A DNA stretch of 32,000 nucleotides from Heliobacterium mobile (GTDB taxonomy: Bacteria; Bacillota; Desulfitobacteriia; Heliobacteriales; Heliobacteriaceae). A program made the position numbers and the translations under genes. Below, one piece after another: positions 31,902-32,000 of the stretch (positions within the stretch are counted from its first letter, which is position 1; the number at the start of each line of letters is the position of its first letter). The DNA is taken from NCBI RefSeq assembly GCF_009720735.1, contig NZ_WNKU01000006.1, positions 123,809 through 155,808 on the forward strand, in the 5' to 3' direction. A model generated the notes under the pieces. It saw nothing but the letters and a program-made list of their open reading frames with translations, was not told the DNA's origin and did not search any database.

Positions 31902-32000
31902 CTTAATTTTTCGGCATGATAAATCTGTTTTTTCCAAGATACTTCAGTAGGTTCTATAGCAATTTCACTCTTGATAAATGCGAATCTATCTATTTTTCCA

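Noticed and set aside
1-32000. Search for tRNA, rRNA, CRISPR arrays, integrase or transposase genes and long flanking direct repeats.
   Set aside because: I recognised none by eye. Absence of short direct repeats cannot be proven without a computational self-comparison.

Overview
The window looks like a Bacillota-type (Gram-positive) chromosome segment. AGGAGG-like ribosome-binding sites sit 5-9 nt upstream of ATG/GTG/TTG starts, and genes end in hairpin plus T-run terminators. All family names below come from motif recognition by eye; no searches were run.

Positions 1 to about 6300 look ordinary. They hold a MetF-like reductase, a LytTR regulator, an acetyl-CoA hydrolase/transferase-family CoA-transferase, a lipoprotein and a condensation-domain acyltransferase.

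From about 6300 to the end the window is a compositionally patchy accessory mosaic rich in conflict and signalling domains:
1. A five-gene operon at 7329-13783: radical-SAM/SPASM maturase, an 84-aa six-Cys peptide, an Hsp70-like ATPase, an 861-aa FtsK/HerA-type P-loop NTPase and an acidic 210-aa protein.
2. An orphan A+T-rich alpha/beta-hydrolase lipase.
3. A DUF1287-like protein, a lipoprotein and a minimal radical-SAM gene.
4. A roughly 360-nt RNA that starts GUGCG one base after an intrinsic terminator and resembles domain I of class C group II introns. It has no reverse transcriptase.
5. A minus-strand operon encoding TIR-TM-coiled-coil-TPR-PDZ, then a SLOG-like protein with four TM helices, then a stand-alone RyR-domain protein. 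This has Thoeris-like logic with a membrane effector.
6. A divergent M48 peptidase with a zinc-ribbon tail.
7. A second TIR operon: a TIR-TM-coiled-coil protein with about ten near-identical 47-aa (141-nt) repeats that is split by one in-frame TAA, a degenerate TIR paralogue and a zinc-ribbon protein.
8. Two small plus-strand genes, one carrying a zinc-ribbon tail, and a channel-like 2TM/TrkA-N/RyR protein.

I saw no rRNA, tRNA, CRISPR array, integrase or transposase. The best candidates for an undescribed system are the TIR/SLOG-TM/RyR operon and the radical-SAM peptide/Hsp70/HerA operon.
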